Assembly: GCA_963666515.2 (NCBI GenBank)
Contig: OY762897.2
Coordinates: forward strand, 3,456,001-3,520,000
Origin: Candidatus Binatia bacterium
Lineage (GTDB): Bacteria; Desulfobacterota; Binatia; UBA9968; JAJDTQ01
DNA: 64,000 nt
Direction of reading: 5' to 3'
Below the pieces are notes generated by a model. The model ran no database searches and had not been told where the DNA came from. It was given only the letters and a program-made list of their open reading frames with translations. The first letter of the stretch is position 1. Each line of letters starts with the position of its first letter. The position numbers and the translations under genes were made by a program. Of the stretch, positions 60,621 to 64,000 are shown piece after piece.

Positions 60621-62174
60621 ATGGCGGAGGAGATCAAGACCTCGGAGCAGAAACTCGCGGAGCTCGAGGCCCACGTCCTCCAGGGCGACGCCCGGGCGGT
60701 GGACAAGCAGCACGGCGAGGGCAAGCTCACCGCCCGGGAGCGCATCGACAGGCTCGTGGACCCGGGCTCCTTCACCGAAGAGTTCATGCTGGCCGAGACC
60801 CAGTGCACGGACTTCGGCATGGCGGAGCGGCGGCAACCCACCGACGGGGTGGTTTGCGGCTTCGCCCGCATCGACGGGCGCCCGGTGTACCTGTTCGCCC
60901 AGGACCGCACGGTGCTGGCGGGGGCGGTGGGCAGCGCCCACGCCGACAAGATCGCCAACGGCATCCGCACCGCCCGCTCGCTCGGGATGCCGTGCATCGG
61001 CCTCTACGACTCGGTGGGCGCGAGGATCCAGGAGGGGCTGAGCGTCACCACCGCCATCGGCCGGATCTTCTTCGAGAACAGTATCGCGTCCGGCGCCGTG
61101 CCGCAGATCTCGGCGGTGATGGGGCCGTGCATCGGCGTGGCCTCCTACTCGCCGGCGCTCACCGACTTCATCCTCATGGTGCGGGGCACCAGCCAGATGT
61201 TCATCACCGGCCCGCCGGTGATCAAGGAGGTGCTGGGGGAAGAGGTGACCATGGAGGAGCTGGGAGGGGCGCACATCCACTCCGAGGTGTCGGGAGTGGC
61301 GGACGTGGTGAGCGCGGACGACGAGGCCTGCCTGGCGCAGATCCGGGAGCTGCTGGGGTTCCTGCCGGCCAACTGCAACGAGCCGCCGCCGCGCCGGGAG
61401 ACGGACGACGACCCCGAGCGGCGCCTCGACGGCATCGAGGAGCTGGTGCCCGACGACAAGCGCAAGCCCTACGACATCGTCAAAGTCATCAAGGCGATGG
61501 TGGACGGCGGGGAGTTCCTGGAGCTGAAGCGCCGGTTCGCGCGCAACCTGGTGATCGGCTTCGGGCGGCTCGACGGCTACCCGGTGGGCTTCGTGGCGAA
61601 CCAGCCCATGTTCCTGGCCGGCAGCCTGGACGTGGACGCCTCCGACAAGGCGGCGCGCTTCATCCGCTTCTGCGACGCCTTCAACATACCCATCGTCACG
61701 CTGATGGACGTGCCGGGGTTCTTTCCGGGCCGGCAGCAGGAGGAGCAGGGCATCATCCGGCACGGCGCCAAGATGCTCTACGCCTACGCCGAGGCCACGG
61801 TGCCCAAGATCACCATCGTGCTGCGCAAGGGCTACGGCGGCGCCAAGCAGGCCATGTGCACCCGCGAGATGGGCGCCGACCAGCTCTGGCTGTGGCCCGG
61901 GGTGGAGCTGGCGGTCATGGGCGGCGGCGGCGCCGTCAACGTGCTTTACCGGCGCGAGATCGCCGCCTCCGACGACCCGGAGCGCACCCGCCGGGAGAAG
62001 ATGGCCGAGTTCAACGAGCGCTTCAACGGCCCCTTCGAGGCCCTGTCCAAGCAGTTCTCCCAGGCCGCCATCCAGCCCGCGGAGACCCGGGCGCGGCTGA
62101 CCCGCACGCTGGCGCTGCTGCGCGAGAAAAAGGAGACCCGGCCCGCCAAGAAGCACGGCGTGATGCCGGTGTAG
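60621..62174 (+). CDS. Acyl-CoA carboxylase carboxyltransferase (PccB-like beta subunit)
   Basis: GKLTARERI, DSVGARIQEG, ELGGA, ANQP, DVPGF, RKGYGGA, KKHGVMPV. Confidence 0.9.
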   Translation: MAEEIKTSEQKLAELEAHVLQGDARAVDKQHGEGKLTARERIDRLVDPGSFTEEFMLAETQCTDFGMAERRQPTDGVVCGFARIDGRPVYLFAQDRTVLAGAVGSAHADKIANGIRTARSLGMPCIGLYDSVGARIQEGLSVTTAIGRIFFENSIASGAVPQISAVMGPCIGVASYSPALTDFILMVRGTSQMFITGPPVIKEVLGEEVTMEELGGAHIHSEVSGVADVVSADDEACLAQIRELLGFLPANCNEPPPRRETDDDPERRLDGIEELVPDDKRKPYDIVKVIKAMVDGGEFLELKRRFARNLVIGFGRLDGYPVGFVANQPMFLAGSLDVDASDKAARFIRFCDAFNIPIVTLMDVPGFFPGRQQEEQGIIRHGAKMLYAYAEATVPKITIVLRKGYGGAKQAMCTREMGADQLWLWPGVELAVMGGGGAVNVLYRREIAASDDPERTRREKMAEFNERFNGPFEALSKQFSQAAIQPAETRARLTRTLALLREKKETRPAKKHGVMPV

Positions 62175-62342
62175 GAAGACGCTGATGAGGTTGTGCGGGC
62201 GCCATCAGGGCGCCATCTTGCTGGCCGGGCTAAAGGAACCAAGTTGCGTGCCGAGTTATCATTGTATGAACGCACTTGACATCGGCGGCGTTTCCTGGTG
62301 CTGTATTTCTGGAACAACCGTCCATCATGGCGGGCCACGACC

Positions 62343-62564
62343 ATGAGCCTGATCGTTTCCGAAGTCTACGATGCCCTGATCGAAGCCGGGAGTTCCCCTG
62401 AGAAGGCAAAGGCCGCGGCCTCCGCCATCCCCGTTACCGAGCACCTGGCGACGAGAGAGGACATCGCAAGACTCGACAAGAAGATCGCGGTTCTCAATAT
62501 CGCGGTGTTCAGCTTCGGCCCGGCCATCCTCGCCTTGCTGGTGAAGCTGACTTTCTTCCCGTAG
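62343..62564 (+). CDS. Small hypothetical coiled-coil protein with C-terminal TM (DUF1640-like)
   Basis: EVYDALIEAG...AKAAA, LATREDI, hydrophobic C-terminus. Confidence 0.65.
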   Translation: MSLIVSEVYDALIEAGSSPEKAKAAASAIPVTEHLATREDIARLDKKIAVLNIAVFSFGPAILALLVKLTFFP

Positions 62565-62576
62565 GTCGGTCAGGCC

Positions 62577-63044
62577 CTACTTCCGTCCTGTCTCCCGTTG
62601 CGTCATGATCGCCAGCCGGGTGAGGCCGGCGGAGCGGGCGGCGTCCATCACTTCCACCACCACTCCGTGAGGCACGCGGCGGTCCGCGCGGATGAGCACC
62701 TGCGGGTCGCGGCGCTGTCCGGCCGTCGCGCGTTGCTCGCCGGTCCCCGGTTGTCCGGCTATCCGTTGCCGTGCGGTTTCCCGGAGCCTCGCGGCCAGCG
62801 CCGGGAGGGCCACCCGCTCCCCGTCCACACGGACCTCGCCCTCCGGCGTGACGAGGATGCGTATGTCGCCGTCCTCGCGCTCCACCTGCGGGGCGGAGGC
62901 GTCGGGCAGGTCCACGGTGATGCCGGGATTGGCCAGGAAGTTCATGGACAGGGCGAAGAAGATCAGCAGGTTGAAGATGGTGTCCACCACCGGCGTCATG
63001 TCGATGAAGCCGCCCGCCGGGGTTCTGCGTGGCCGGAAGTCCAT
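62577..63044 (-). CDS. exbD: ExbD/TolR family biopolymer transporter
   Basis: IDMTPVVDTIFNLLIFF; LIRADRRVPHGVVVEVMD. Confidence 0.85.
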   Translation of the reverse strand: MDFRPRRTPAGGFIDMTPVVDTIFNLLIFFALSMNFLANPGITVDLPDASAPQVEREDGDIRILVTPEGEVRVDGERVALPALAARLRETARQRIAGQPGTGEQRATAGQRRDPQVLIRADRRVPHGVVVEVMDAARSAGLTRLAIMTQRETGRK

Positions 63045-63045
63045 G

Positions 63046-63702
63046 TCAGTCGGTGTGCCCGTCGGCGCCGGCCCGGTCCGCCTCGGGACCGGCCGAGTCC
63101 ATCTCGGGACTGACCAGGTCCATGAAACGAGTGCACAGCCGCTCCATCTCCAGGATGAGGGCGTTGGCCTTGTTCAACAGGTAACGGTGCATCACGATGG
63201 TGGGGATGGCCACGCTCAGCCCGGCCAGGGTGGTGATCAGCGCCTCGGATATCCCGCCCGCCAGGGTGGCCGGGTTGACCGCGCTCTGGGTGGAGATCAC
63301 CGAGAAGACCTCGATCATGCCCGAGATGGTTCCCAGCAGGCCGAGCAGCGTGCTGACCCCGGCGATGGTCCCGAGGGTATCGACGAACCGCTCCAGCCCG
63401 GCCGCCTCCTGGCGCCCAGCCTCTTCCAGGTGTTGTTTCATGACGTCGCGACGTTGCGCCGATACCCGCAGCCCGGCCGCCAGCACCCTGGCGACGGCCG
63501 CCGGGCTCCGGTCCAGCAACTCCAGGGCCGCGGGCAGGTCACGGCCGGCCACCAGCGCCTCGGCCCGCCGCACCAGGTCTGCGGGGGCCACCCGCTGCCT
63601 TCTCAGGCTGAACAGCCGCTCGACGAAGATGGCCAGCGCCGTGATCGAGCACAGCAGGATCGGGACCATGAAGAACCCGCCCTTGCCGAGGAATTCGAGC
63701 AT
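63046..63702 (-). CDS. exbB: MotA/TolQ/ExbB proton channel
   Basis: LLGLLGTISGMI; GGISEALITTLAGL. Confidence 0.85.
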   Translation of the reverse strand: MLEFLGKGGFFMVPILLCSITALAIFVERLFSLRRQRVAPADLVRRAEALVAGRDLPAALELLDRSPAAVARVLAAGLRVSAQRRDVMKQHLEEAGRQEAAGLERFVDTLGTIAGVSTLLGLLGTISGMIEVFSVISTQSAVNPATLAGGISEALITTLAGLSVAIPTIVMHRYLLNKANALILEMERLCTRFMDLVSPEMDSAGPEADRAGADGHTD

Positions 63703-63858
63703 GAGCGGCCAATATCATTTATTCTTGACTTCGGGTAAAGGCTGCACTAGAATCCTTGATCGACAGGATCTTGACTCAGGAAGACAAGATATTTGAACTG
63801 GACTTCGTTCGTACATGAATACTATCGTAGGCCATCGCGAGTTGTAACGCTCGGTAGT

Positions 63859-63999
63859 TTAAGCGACGAGCTTCGCCTCATCGCAAATGGCATCGAGGTT
63901 CCTGGTGATGGCGGCAAAGCGCCGATGGGTCTTGGTATTGCCGCTCACGGCGTCGGGCGCAAGATGGGCCAGGCCGGGGCGAAGGATGCGGTTGTAGAC
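63859..63999 (-). CDS. 3' end of a gene cut by the window edge, possibly a transposase-like protein
   Basis: Hand-translated ...VYNRILRPGLAHLAPDAVSGNTKTHRRFAAITRNLDAICDEAKLVA*. Confidence 0.45.
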   Translation of the reverse strand, partial: VYNRILRPGLAHLAPDAVSGNTKTHRRFAAITRNLDAICDEAKLVA

Positions 64000-64000
64000 A

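Noticed and set aside
57935-62185. 1416-aa + strand ORF
   Set aside because: Shadow ORF, antisense to tauE/ubiD and out of frame with the carboxyltransferase; no recognisable motifs. Long open shadows are expected in high-GC DNA.
62343-62564. Integrase or mobile-element remnant
   Set aside because: 73-aa helical protein with a TM tail and no recombinase catalytic motifs.

Overview
GC-rich bacterial chromosome segment. The gene content suggests a Binatota/deltaproteobacterial-type organism, possibly host-associated; this is inference only. Main blocks: (1) 1-8.4 kb has two type II-like restriction-modification cassettes, the second flanked by a 45-bp direct repeat, plus a pyrimidine-dimer glycosylase fused to a Phd/VapC toxin-antitoxin remnant. 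(2) 8.5-20.1 kb is a convergent isoprenoid cluster: hpnCDE-ispH facing dxs, an MpaB/Lcp-type oxygenase, an MMPL transporter, a LolA-like protein and an outer-membrane barrel, with no squalene cyclase in view. (3) A cupin + EutA-like pair, a small FGE-domain protein and a molybdo-hydroxylase large subunit. (4) A defence island at 26.3-35.4 kb: type III R-M, a STAS-HATPase/DUF4325/membrane-protein triad and an orphan AbiEi with a perfect inverted-repeat operator. (5) Catabolic genes and three consecutive amino-acid ABC operons. (6) sthA-like, TauE, UbiD-family, carboxyltransferase, exbBD and a probable mobile-element end at the right edge. No rRNA, tRNA or CRISPR array was seen. The best candidates for undescribed systems are the squalene-oxygenase-export cluster and the kinase/STAS/membrane triad. 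All family assignments come from motif recognition; no database searches were run.
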